From the human T2T-CHM13v2.0 reference genome, Homo sapiens, in assembly GCF_009914755.1 (NCBI RefSeq), contig NC_060946.1: DNA of 64,000 nucleotides; one strand, written 5' to 3'. This document shows positions 1 to 10,298 of the stretch, in pieces. The notes beneath the pieces are model-generated. The model worked only from the letters and a program-made list of their open reading frames with translations. It did no database searches and was not told the origin of the DNA. The translations under genes and the position numbers were made by a program. The stretch's first letter is position 1, and every line of letters begins with the position of its first letter.

Positions 1-612
1 AACTGCCATCTGCTTTTCCTCAGGCCTCTGCTTGATCAGCCATCAGGCGGTGGCCACTCATGCTGTGGGAACCTGGCCATCCCTGCTTCCTTGTGTAGCT
101 GAGGTTGCTGGCTGCTCCACCTCCTCCAGAAGCACCCTTGCAGTGGTAGCTGGTTGCTCTTTGAGCCAGCTTAGCCTTGCCTAGCATGTACAGGCCCCAG
201 CTACTGACACACTACTCCGAGTGAGCTGGTCCTGCTTTGAGCCAAATTCTAAGTCTGGCCAGGGCCACAGAAGGCCGAGTCCCCTGGGTGGTAAACCTGG
301 CTGCTTTCTGCCCTTGAACATAAAGTCCTCCTCGGCTGGTCTATGGTCTACCTCTTGGCAACCAAGAATCCTGCAGTCCCATACAAGTCCTGAGGCATGG
401 ACTGGAGCCCCAAAGGCAGTGCACACCCTGCTTCTGAGCTTGCTGCTCATTTCCTCTGTGGGGCTCCATTTTTAGGAAAGTTGTTGCATTGAGGCTTGTG
501 TATGCCGGGCAAGGCCAAGCTGGCTCAAAAAGCAACCAGCCGCGTTTGCAAGGGTGTGCCTGAAGTGGTTGGATTAGCCATCAACGTTGCCCACTAAAGG
601 AAGCAGGGAATG
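1..612. repeat. Duplicated GC-rich module (paralogue of 26280-26894) with a short minus-strand SNX18 PX-domain remnant (~305-360) and an internal inverted repeat
   Basis: 4-304 aligns with 26599-26894 (241-294 is identical to 26831-26884) and ~325-590 aligns with ~26280-26550. The minus frame reads EEDFMFKGRK, similar to SNX18 FEEDFISKRRK. Arms ~78-199 and ~490-612 are approximate reverse complements. Confidence 0.75.
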
Positions 613-662
613 CATGTTTGTACCATGCATTTCACTACAGGTCATTTCCCCTGAGGTTGGTG

Positions 663-1160
663 GCCTAGGTTTTCTTCTAGATTTTTTATGGTTTTAGGTC
701 TTACTTCTAACTCTTTCATCCATCTTACTTAATTTTTGTTTAAGGTGTATGGGTGTGGCCCAGTTTCAGTTTTCTGCATTTGGCTAGCCAGTTTTCCCAA
801 CACCATTTATTAAATAGGGTATCCTTTCCCATTGCTTGTTTTTGTCAGGTTTGTCAAAGATCAGATGCTTTTAGATGTGTGGTGTCATTTCTGAGGGCTC
901 TGTTCTGTTCCATTGGTCTATAGATCTGATTTGGTATCAGCCCCATGCTGTTTTGGTTACTGTAGCCTTGTAGAATAATTTGAAGTCAGGTACTGTGATG
1001 CCTCTAGCTTTGCTGTTTTTGCTTAGGATTGCCTTGGCTATGTGGGCTCTTTTTTGGTTCCATATGAAATTTAAAGTAGTTTTTCTAATTCTGTGAAGAA
1101 AGTAATGGTAGCTTGATGGGGACAGCAATGAGTCTATAAATTACTTTGGGTGGTATAGCA
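663..1160 (-). mobile_element. Inverted 5' segment of an L1PA element (ORF2 fragment)
   Basis: ORF 937..1128 (-) [46 protein letters not shown] is L1 ORF2p. The left end (revcomp ...CTAGAAGAAAACCTAGGC) continues, in the L1 consensus, into the start of the plus-strand piece at ~1186. Confidence 0.9.
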
Positions 1161-1185
1161 GTCAGGCACAGAAATGTCCTTGTGT

Positions 1186-2269
1186 TAGGCAATACCATTC
1201 AGGACATAGCCATGGGCAGAGTCTTCATCACTAGAACACCAAAAGCAATGGCTACAAAAACCAAAATTTACAAATGGGATCTAACTAAACTTAAGAGTAT
1301 CTGCAGTGCAAAAGAAACTATTATCAGAGTGAACAGGCAACCCACAGAATGGGAGAACATTGTTGCAATCTATCCATCTGACAAAGGGCTAATATGCAGA
1401 ATCTACAAAGAACAAATTTACAAGAAAAAAAAACCATCAAAAAGTGAGCAAAGGGTATGAACAGACACTTACCAAAGAAGACATTTATACAGCCAACGAA
1501 CATGTGAAGCAAAGCACATCATCACTGGTCATTAGAGAAATGGAAATCAAAACCACAATGAGATACAATCTCACACCACTTAGAATGGTCATCGTTAAAA
1601 AATCAGGAAAAAACAGATGCTAGAGAGGATGTGGAGAAATAGCAAAGCTTTTACACAGTTGGTGGGAATATAAATTACTTCAACCATTGTGGAAGACAGT
1701 GTGACAATTCCTCAAGGATCTACAACTAGAAATATCATTTGACCCAGCAATCCCATTACTGGGTATATACCCCCAAAATTATAAATCATACTAATATAAA
1801 GACACATGAACCTGTCTGTTTATTGCGGCACTGTTCACAACAGCAAAGACTTGGAACCAACCCAAATGCCCACCAATGATAGACTGGATAAAGAAAATGT
1901 GGCATATATACACCACGAAATACTATGCAGCCATAAAAAGGGATGAATTCACGTCATTTGCTGGGACATGAATGAAGCTGGAAACCATCATTTTCAGCTA
2001 ACTAACAGAAGAACAGAAAACCAAACACCACATGTTCTCACTCATAACTGGGAGTTGAACAATGGGAACACATGGACACAGGAAGGGGAACATCACACAC
2101 CAGGGCCTGTCAGGGTGGGGGGCTAGGAGAGGGATGGCATTAGGAGAAATAACTAATGTAGATCATGGGTTGATGGATGCAGCAAGCCGCCATGGCATGT
2201 GTATACCTATGTAACCTGCATGTTCTGCACATGTACCCCAGAACTTAAAGTATAATTAAAAAAAAAAAA
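1186..2269 (+). mobile_element. L1PA (L1PA7/8-like) 3' end: ORF2 C-terminus, 3' UTR and poly(A)
   Basis: ORF 1146..1460 [11 protein letters not shown]...KWDLTKLKS...VNRQPTEWE matches ORF2p. Typical L1PA 3' UTR ends GAACTTAAAGTATAAT followed by an A-tail. Confidence 0.92.
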
Positions 2270-2289
2270 GAAATTTGCTTTTAATTAAG

Positions 2290-3270
2290 CTTTTAATCAT
2301 AGAACTTGTGAAGAAAATCCTTTTGAATCTTTTATTACCACATCATAGCTGGGACAAACCGCTGACGCTTTAAAAGTAACATAAATATCAAACAGAAAGA
2401 ACTAGACTTAGGAACCAAACTCAGGTTTCTGTAGTGAACAAGGCAGAATCTTCACACTGGGTCACCACCACTACTCCTTCAGTTTAGCCTTGGCTAGCAA
2501 AAGGGTGGCCTTGTTATGTAGATGAGACCACTTATGTAAAAAAAAAAAAGTTTTAAAAAATAATTTCTGCTAACTGGAATGTTTTTTGTTGTTGTTTATT
2601 TGTTTGTTTGTTTGTTTGCAGCCATAGGAGTTTTAGCCAATTCAGAGGCCTTGCTCCCCACAATTTGGAAAATTCCTTTGGATTTGACCAAGTCAGGAAG
2701 AGAAGGGAGAAAAGTGAAACAACAATAAAGCCCCAAGCATAAACAAACAAAAAGAGTTAAGCAAAACAACAAATGCACAATTCATATGATTACTGGTGTT
2801 CTAATGGTAAGGAGAAACTAAAAGCAGAAATTAAAAGCAGCTGGTGAGTAATCTTAAATTTTAGTCATTAAGGACAAATTTTAAGACAAAACTCTAATTC
2901 AGCTACTTACCTGGAAACAAGGCTCAGGCTGGTGATCGTTCTCTGCCATCTTAGAAGCTGGAAACAACTTACACTCACCTTCCCTGTCAGAAGCAAGCTG
3001 AAACTCAGGAAAGGAGGTGCCTGCTCTCCATCACCACAGAAGCAGGAAAACTTGCCTTCCTTGTTGGAAATGAGTAAAACTTCAGAAAAGGAGTTGTACA
3101 GAAAAATCAAACTTAGATCTCAACCAGATTTTGGGAGATCAGGGACTCTTTGCAGGGGAGAAGCTCCACAACCTCAGCAAATTATCCTGTTGGTTTGGGC
3201 AATAAAGATAGCCCATGTTGGTATCAATCAATAACGAGATTTATCAAAGGTCAGGGCCACCTTTGTAATG
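2290..3270. mobile_element. Probable degenerate ERV1 (MER4-group-like) internal sequence
   Basis: Sequence style resembles non-coding ERV1 internal regions; no recognisable gag/pol ORF. Recognition from memory only. Confidence 0.3.
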
Positions 3271-3279
3271 ACCTTCTCT

Positions 3280-6200
3280 GTTTTTTTTTATCTTTATTGG
3301 TATATACATTTTGTCGAAACTGGGAGTGTAACACCTGATTTCTTCTGTTTTCCATTTGCTTGAAAGATTTTTCACCATTCCTTCATTTTGAGCCTATGTA
3401 TGGCACTGCATGTGAGATGGGTTTCTTGGAGACAGCATACTCAAATGGGTCTTTGTTCTTTATCCAGCTTGCCCCCCTGTGTCTTTCAATCGGAGCATTT
3501 AGCCCATTTCCATTTAAGGTTAGTAATGGTATGTGTGGATTAGATCCTGTCGTCATGCTGTCAGCTAGTTATTTTGCAGACTTGTGTATGTGGTTGGTTT
3601 TTAGCATTACTGGTCTGTGTACTTCGGTGCATTTTTGTAGTGGCTGGTGATGGTCTTTTCTTTCCATATTTAGTGCTTCATTCAGGAGCTCTTGTAAGGT
3701 AGATCTGGTGATAATGAATTCTCTCAGCATTTGCTTGTCTGAAAAGGATCTTGTTTCTCCTTCACTTATGATGCTTAATTTTGCTGGACATGAAATTCTG
3801 GGTTGAAATTTCTTTTTCTTTTAACCATGTATAATAACACCATGTTATTATATGGTATACCTGTCTCTGCCATACTACGTGAAATTTCTTTTCTTTAAGA
3901 AGTTGAATATCTTTTCTGGCTTGTAGGGTTTCAGCTGAGAAGTCTGCTAAGTCTGATGGAATTCCCTTTGCAGGTGACGTTGCCTTTCTCCCTAGCTGCC
4001 TTTAACAGTGTTTCTTTCATTTTGACCTTGGAGAATCTGATGATTATATGTCTTGGGGATGATCTTCTCATGGCTTATCTTACTGAGGTTCTCTGGATTT
4101 CCTGAATTGGAATGTTGGCCTGTCTGGATAGGTTGGGGATATTCTCATGAATGATATTCTGAAGTATGTTTTCCAAGTTGGTTCCATTCTCCTCATCTCT
4201 TTCACGTACACTAATCAGTCATAGATTTGGTCGTTTATATAATCTCATATTTCTTGGATGTTTTGTTCATTCATTTTCCTTCTTTTTTCCCCCATTCTTG
4301 TCTGCCTGTTTTATTTCAGAAAGCCAGTTTTCAAGCTCTGGGATTCTTTCCTCTGCTTGGTCTATTCTGCTGGGTGGTCTTGCACATGAGATGGAGCTGG
4401 TGTGACAGTCCTCCTTAGTCTGCTTGCCTCTCCCAGGACCCCAGCCTGGCCACACCTGCTTACAGGGCAATCTCAGGTGCCCACACACACTACAATAATT
4501 TTCATAATGCAATCACACATAATCACTATGTGACTGCATTATGAAAATTCTTGTAGTGTGCTTTTCAGCTCTATTCGGTCGGTTATGTCTTCTTTATACT
4601 TGCTATTTTGTCTGTTAGCTCCTACAATGTGTTACAATGATTTTTAGCTCACTTGTATTGCATGACAACATACGTCTTTCACTCAGTGAACTTTGTTCCT
4701 ACGCATATCCTGAACCCTGCTTGTATCATTCCAGACAGCTCAGCCTCAGCCCAGTTCTGAACACTTGCTGGAGAGTTGATACAGTCATTTGGAGGAAAGA
4801 AAGCATGCTGACTCTTTGAGTTTTCAGTGTTCTCGCACAGATTCTTTCTCATCTTTATGGGCTTAACCACCTTCCATCTTCGAGGTTGCTGACCTTCGGA
4901 CAGGGTATTTTTGTTTTATTGTATTTGATGATCTTGAGGGTTTCATTGTGGGATAAGGTGGATTCAACCAACTGGCTTTGTTTTTGGAGGATTTTAGGGG
5001 GGCCAATGTGCAGCTTCCAATTCCTGGACTGTGTGCTTTAACTCTGGGGAACTTGTCTTGGGCCCCAACTTTGTTCTCTGGCTCTTGGAGGTTTGGAGTC
5101 CACTGCACTGAGGGGACCAAAGTGTGGCAACTGTGGCAGAATGCTAGTGGATGCAAAAGTCCCTGCCTCCCTGCGGGCATTCACCCAGTGGTGGAGGCAA
5201 GACAGCTGGGGTGTGGGCCAGGGGTCCCCTGCTGTGTGTGTGTTGCACTGGAGGTAGTGTTGGTTCAGGGTGGGCTGCTGGCCAGTGCAGGCCATGGTGC
5301 CTTCTCTGTGCCCCTCAAAGCAACAGTGGTCACTCAGGGTATAAGAAGGTCCCTTTTTCTCTGCACAGAATTAGCTCAAGGGTTAGGTGCTGGCAGGGGT
5401 GGGGTTCTTGGTTCTGTGCCCACCAAGGCTCTGTCTTCAATGGCAGTTGGTGTGGGTTGGGGTGTGTCCTGCACTCCCCTGTGCTGTCAGGGCAAGTACA
5501 GCAAAACCCACATGTGTAAACACACACAGCAAAGTGATGTAGGAAGTTTCCATATAAAGGGCTGCAGTATGGAGACGTAATGTGCAGGCTGGTGCGTGGC
5601 TGTTGGGGCCACCTTGCTGCAGCTCTCCACTGATCAGGTACAGTCCACTAGCACGGAAGCTATGCTGTGGGCATCCGAGAGTGCCCTGTATGCAGGTGTG
5701 GCCAGGCTGGGGTCCTGGGAGAGGCAAGCAGACAAAGGAGTGCTGATATCAGACCAGCCCCATCTCATGTGCAAGACTGCCCAGCAGAGATCAGGTCTCA
5801 GAGGAGAACTCTCTCAAAAGTGAACCCCCGGCACAGCATAGCTGCTTTACACAAACATGGCCAGGTTTCTTTTTTAAGCAAGTCCCCTTTTTGAGGAGGG
5901 GAACTCTGGGACCTGATCTCTGCTGGGCAATCTTGAACATGAGATGGGGCTGATCTGAACTTAGCATTCCTAAAGTGCTGGGATAAAGTATCTCACAAGG
6001 GCACGTGTAGCCTAGAGAGATAGGTGTCCCTGCTCTCTGGGCTCCACATCACCTGACTTGCTGCTCCACCACTCCGCTGGTCTCCTGGGTACTCCATCCC
6101 ATAGAGATGTGAGTTAGCAATCACTTAGAGTAATCAGCCCAGGATGGAGGGTCTGTGTTGTGAGGCCAAGCCAGTGTTCCCTCTCTGGTGATGAGCAGTG

Positions 6201-7380
6201 GGGGGTGTGTGGTACCCATGGGAGATGGACTGGCTTGTTCATTGGGTCAACCGCAGCTTATTGGAGGTGTCAATATGGCACTTAGGGTCTTTGCTCCCTT
6301 GATATTCTGAGGGTAGCAAGGGCAGTTTCACTGCGGAGGCAATGGCAGAGAGAATTTCGTTTGCTCCTGGAAGCTCTGTCCAGGGAATTGCTGAGTTGCT
6401 ACTGGCTGGATAGCTCTGATGGTGGACTGGCTGGAGACCCAGGTCAGTAGGACCTGCCCATCAAGTAGACTGTCTGGCCACTTTTCTGTCAGGCTGCTGT
6501 GGTATGCTGGGGGTCCCCTCCAGTCCCTAACTGCCTTGTATTTTCCAGGGAAGATGATAGCCTGCCCCTTCCTCTGGGAGCTCTGTGCCACTGAGGTATG
6601 AACTTGTTGCCAGTATGAACACACCTATAAGATGTGACTGGAGACAAGTTGAGAAGTCTTATCTAGTCAGGAGGAACAAAAACAGGCACTGAGTTAAAAA
6701 AAAAAAAGTCTGGGCATGTTTTTCTAGAGCAGCTGTGCTATGCCGGGTGTTCCCTTCCACTCCTGGTTGCCTCAGACACTCTGAAGCCCTAATGCTGAAA
6801 TGGCTGAGTTGCCCCAACAGCAAAGACAACAGTCTGGTCCTCCCCCTGGGAGCTCTGACTCAGGGAGGCCTGAAACCTCTGTCGGCCAGAGAACAGCAGT
6901 GAAGGCAGCTGGAGACCCTGGTTGAAAGGCTTCACCTGCTGATTAGAAATGTGGTCGGGGACTGACTTAAACAAGAGTCTGGCCACGTTTTTGTAGTGTG
7001 GCCGTGCTGCGCTGAGGTTCCTCTTCCACCCCTTGTCACCTTGGGCTTTCCAAAGCCCGCAAACCAGAACGGCTAGTCACCCAAACAGCAAAGGTGGTGG
7101 CCTGCCCCTCTCTCTGGGAGCTCTGTCCCGTGAACACTTCAAATTTCTATTGGCCAAGGAATGCTGGTGGCGGTAGCTGGAGGCCCCATTTGGGAGGTCC
7201 TGTACAGTGATGTGCAACAGGGTCGGGGGCCTGCTTACAGAAGCATTCTGGCCATGATTTGGTAAAGCAGCTATGCTGTGCTGTGGGATCTCTTCTGCCC
7301 CTTGTCGGTTTATACTCTCCAAAGCCCTCAGGCTGGAATGACTAAGTTGCCTGAACCGGAAAGATGGCGGCCTGCCCCAT
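3280..7380 (-). mobile_element. Older primate L1 (L1PA13-16/L1PB-like): 5' UTR with tandem monomers, ORF1 and start of ORF2, 3'-truncated
   Basis: ORF 4679..4870 (-) MRKNLCENTENSKSQHAFFPPND...QNWAEAE is the ORF1p N-terminus, and IDQAEERIPELENWLSEIKQADK (4267..4512) is the ORF1p coiled coil. 3300-3700 is the ORF1/ORF2 junction. The CCTGCCCC..CTGGGAGCTCTG motif recurs at ~6560, 6840 and 7100 (partial at ~7370), as in 5' UTR monomers. Confidence 0.85.
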
Positions 7381-7751
7381 CTATTCTCTCAGAGTTCATC
7401 TTGTTTGATGGAGTTTAATTTTTAGCCTATTAATTTTACTGTCTACATTAGACTTGTTCGGAAAGAATCTGCTATATTTTAGGTTAGATATATGAGAATT
7501 CATTGTTTTCTGTAAATAAACCTGTTCATGTCTTGTTCTCTGGAAAGAAATCTCTTTCAACTATCTGACTTTGGTCACAGTCATGTAGAGCAGTATCCAG
7601 TCTATAATGACAATTGAATTTCCATTTCCAGTGTTTTGTTTTTGTGTCTTACATTGTACAGTTCAGAAATGAGCATTTTATTCCCAATTGTCAAAATGCT
7701 AAGCTGTCCACTGTACTGAAATACTGTTTTTGTTAATGCTTCGTCATTCAA

Positions 7752-8155
7752 TTTTTTTTAAGGTGAACACTTTTATCCAACTTTTCTCAAGTCAGAGTAC
7801 AGGTAAGCCCTGGCTGCCTCGAACCACTCTCAGGGAGACCAAAACCCTTCATACATTCCAAGTTGGGATACAAAAAAGTGGGGCCATGAAGGCTAGTCAT
7901 TCAAAATAAAACAAAATTTAAAAGTATTAAGGCAAAGATTTAAAAAAATTTGCATTATGTAATTTACACAAAAGCAATGCTATCGCCTACCATGTGTGAA
8001 CTCGGGAGAGGACTGGGCCATTCTCCTTAGAGAGAAGTAGGGTGGCTTTTAGGAGGGCAAGGGACTTCCTGAAACAGTGCATCTCACAATATTTGGAATG
8101 ACTATTGAAAAGAAGAACATTGTACAATCAAAGTCCTTGGCAACATTGTAGAACT
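7752..8155 (-). pseudogene. ACTBP: Processed beta-actin pseudogene fragment (distal 3' UTR only)
   Basis: Matches the reverse complement of the ACTB 3' UTR (CAAGTCAG.GTACAGGTAAGCCCTGGCTGCCTC; GGGAGAGGACTGGGCCATTCTCCTTAGAGAGAAGT; CAATCAAAGTCCT). T-run at the left is the poly(A) remnant. The poly(A) signal is mutated to GATAAA. Confidence 0.9.
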
Positions 8156-8338
8156 AGCGGGTGCTGACCCCTGAGCCACAACCACAGTTCTGGGTTTGGG
8201 GTTTGGTAAAACCACCCCAAGGACAGAGTTCTGGGGCCGGGTTTTGGAGGAACCAAGACGCCTCCCAGGGATGGTGTGTCACTCCTGCTTGCCATGAAAT
8301 GTGCACACAGTCTGTCCCCCTGCCCATCCCATCCTGCT

Positions 8339-9300
8339 GGACAGGATGGAGGAAGTGAGGGAACAGGCAGGGTGGACAGCTGGAATTCAGGGAGAGGCAG
8401 GTGCATGCTGGGAGGTCAGGACCTGTGAGGGCTGTGGGGGCATCAGGTGGAGTGGGCTCCAGGTGCACCCTCAGTGCACAGGGCAGGTCTCAGGCCAGGC
8501 TCCCTGGACCCCGGCTGGGTGATGTGGTCACTCCCTGGGGGACTGCTGTCAGACCCTGGCCACCCTCCCTGGGCAGCACCGTCCCATCCCAGAACTGGAC
8601 TTTCTGAGTCCTAAAACAGGACAGTGCTGCCCAGGCCTGACAGACTGGGAAGACCTGTGAAGTCCTCCATCCCTAGACCAGCCTCCCAACAGCAGGGACA
8701 GTCTCCTACCTTTACCTTCAGGGCACTGACTGGTACATCTCATTCTAAGGCAACCAAGGCAGAGCTGAGGACCTGTGCCAGGCTGGGAGCCAGTCCTCTC
8801 CCTAAATGGGCCTTAGGGAAGCCTCATGCCTGTCCCAGTGCACTGCAAGTTTCAGCCCAGGAGACACATAGGGAAGTGAGGACGGGGCCTCCCCACTGGC
8901 TGACCCTGGAAAAGTGGGACCTGGGAGAAGAGGGAGTGCAGGGCTGGCAGGGGATGCTCCAGGCCCATGTAGAGCTCAGGCTGCACCAAGGGGCTTCCCC
9001 TCCTGGGCTGGAGGCTGTGCCCTCTGCAGTATCTGAGGAAGTCCAGTCCTGAGATGGGACAGTGCTACCCAGAGTGGGTGTCCAGCACCTGACAACAGTC
9101 TCCCAGCAAGTGACCACATCACCCGACCAAGGTCCAGGGAGCCTGGGCCAAGACCTGCCCAGTGCGCTGAGGGTGCACCTGGAGCCCACACCACCTGACG
9201 CCCCCACAACCCTCATAGGGTCTGACCTCCCAGCATGCACCTGCCTCTCCCTGAAACCAAGCTGCCCACCCTGCCTGTTCCCTGGCCTCCTCCATCCTGT
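8339..9300. repeat. ~265 bp diverged inverted repeat (arms ~8339-8607 and ~9034-9300) in GC-rich DNA
   Basis: Opposite-strand ORFs give near-identical peptides: HAGRSGPVRAVGASGGVGSRCTLSA (8401 +) and HAGRSDPMRVVGASGGVGSRCTLSA (8824..9309 -). Confidence 0.9.
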
Positions 9301-9414
9301 GCAGACCATAGACTGTGACTATCTCTCCGACCACTCTGGCCCTTCCTTTACCTTTGTCCTGTCAGAATCTCTGAGCAAGATCTCCCAGGTCCATCCAAAC
9401 ACCTGCTTTGTCCA

Positions 9415-10298
9415 CTTTTGACTGGGCCATTGAACACCACTGGGCCACCCCAGCTGTCCACAGGCTCCTCGATAACATGCATTTCCCCTGACATCTCCCA
9501 GCAGTACTCAGCAGCCCCCACTGACCAGGTCCCTGGTGACCAGTTCCAGCATATCACTTCCTCCCTGACCACACCCTCACTGATTAGAGCCCCATCACCA
9601 GGCCTCACTAACTAGATTCCCGCTGCCAGGCCCACAATGACCAGGACTCCACTGACGAGGACCTTACTGACAAGGCCTCACTGGCAAGGCCTCACTGGCA
9701 AGGCCTCACTGACGAGGTCCTTACTGACAAGGCCTCACTGATCAGGTTCCACCGATCATGACCCCATTGTCTGGTCCCACAGATGAAGCCCCACTGGCCA
9801 GGCCTGCAGGGAATAGGCAGCCAGTGACCAGGCCCCTGCTAACCAGGACTGAGGTGACAAGATGCTCCTGACTGGGACCCTAATGACTACGCCGCACTGA
9901 ACAGGCACGCACTGCTCAGATCCCCGCTGACCAGGTCACCCCGTAGACCAGTGCTACAAAAGCCACCAATGATCAAGTCCTCTCTGACCAGGCCCCCACT
10001 GATTAAGTTCCAAGGACCAGCCTGCCCTGACCAGGGCCCCACTGACAAGCGTCTCTGCTGACTAGGTCCCAAGGTCTCCACTGACCAAGTCCCACAGCCC
10101 AGGTTGGCACTGACCAGACACCAAACATTTGTCTACCACTATCAACCCACTCACCAAGGCATGCACTACTAGATCCCTCTAATGAGACCCGCTCTAAGCA
10201 GACCCCTGCTGACCACCCCCCACTAAATAGGCCTCACTGACAAGTCCCAACTGACTAGGTCCCCTGAGCAGGCCCACACTGATCAGGCCCCTCCTAAC
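9415..10298 (+). repeat. Degenerate minisatellite, ~16-18 bp unit, consensus approximately CCCCACTGACCAGGC
   Basis: Dozens of CACTGACCAGG / CACTGACAAGG / CACTGGCAAGG variants in tandem. Confidence 0.88.

Noticed and set aside
4978-5580. Longest ORF in the track (200 aa, +)
   Set aside because: Antisense to an L1 5' UTR, starts at a non-ATG codon and resembles no protein family I recognise.
7752-8155. POTE-actin-like fusion gene
   Set aside because: Only 3' UTR is present, with no actin coding sequence, far from the ANKRD exons.
9415-10298. CRISPR-like or coding-repeat interpretation of the minisatellite
   Set aside because: Units are contiguous and degenerate with no unique spacers, there are no cas genes, the context is primate DNA, and no long ORF spans it.
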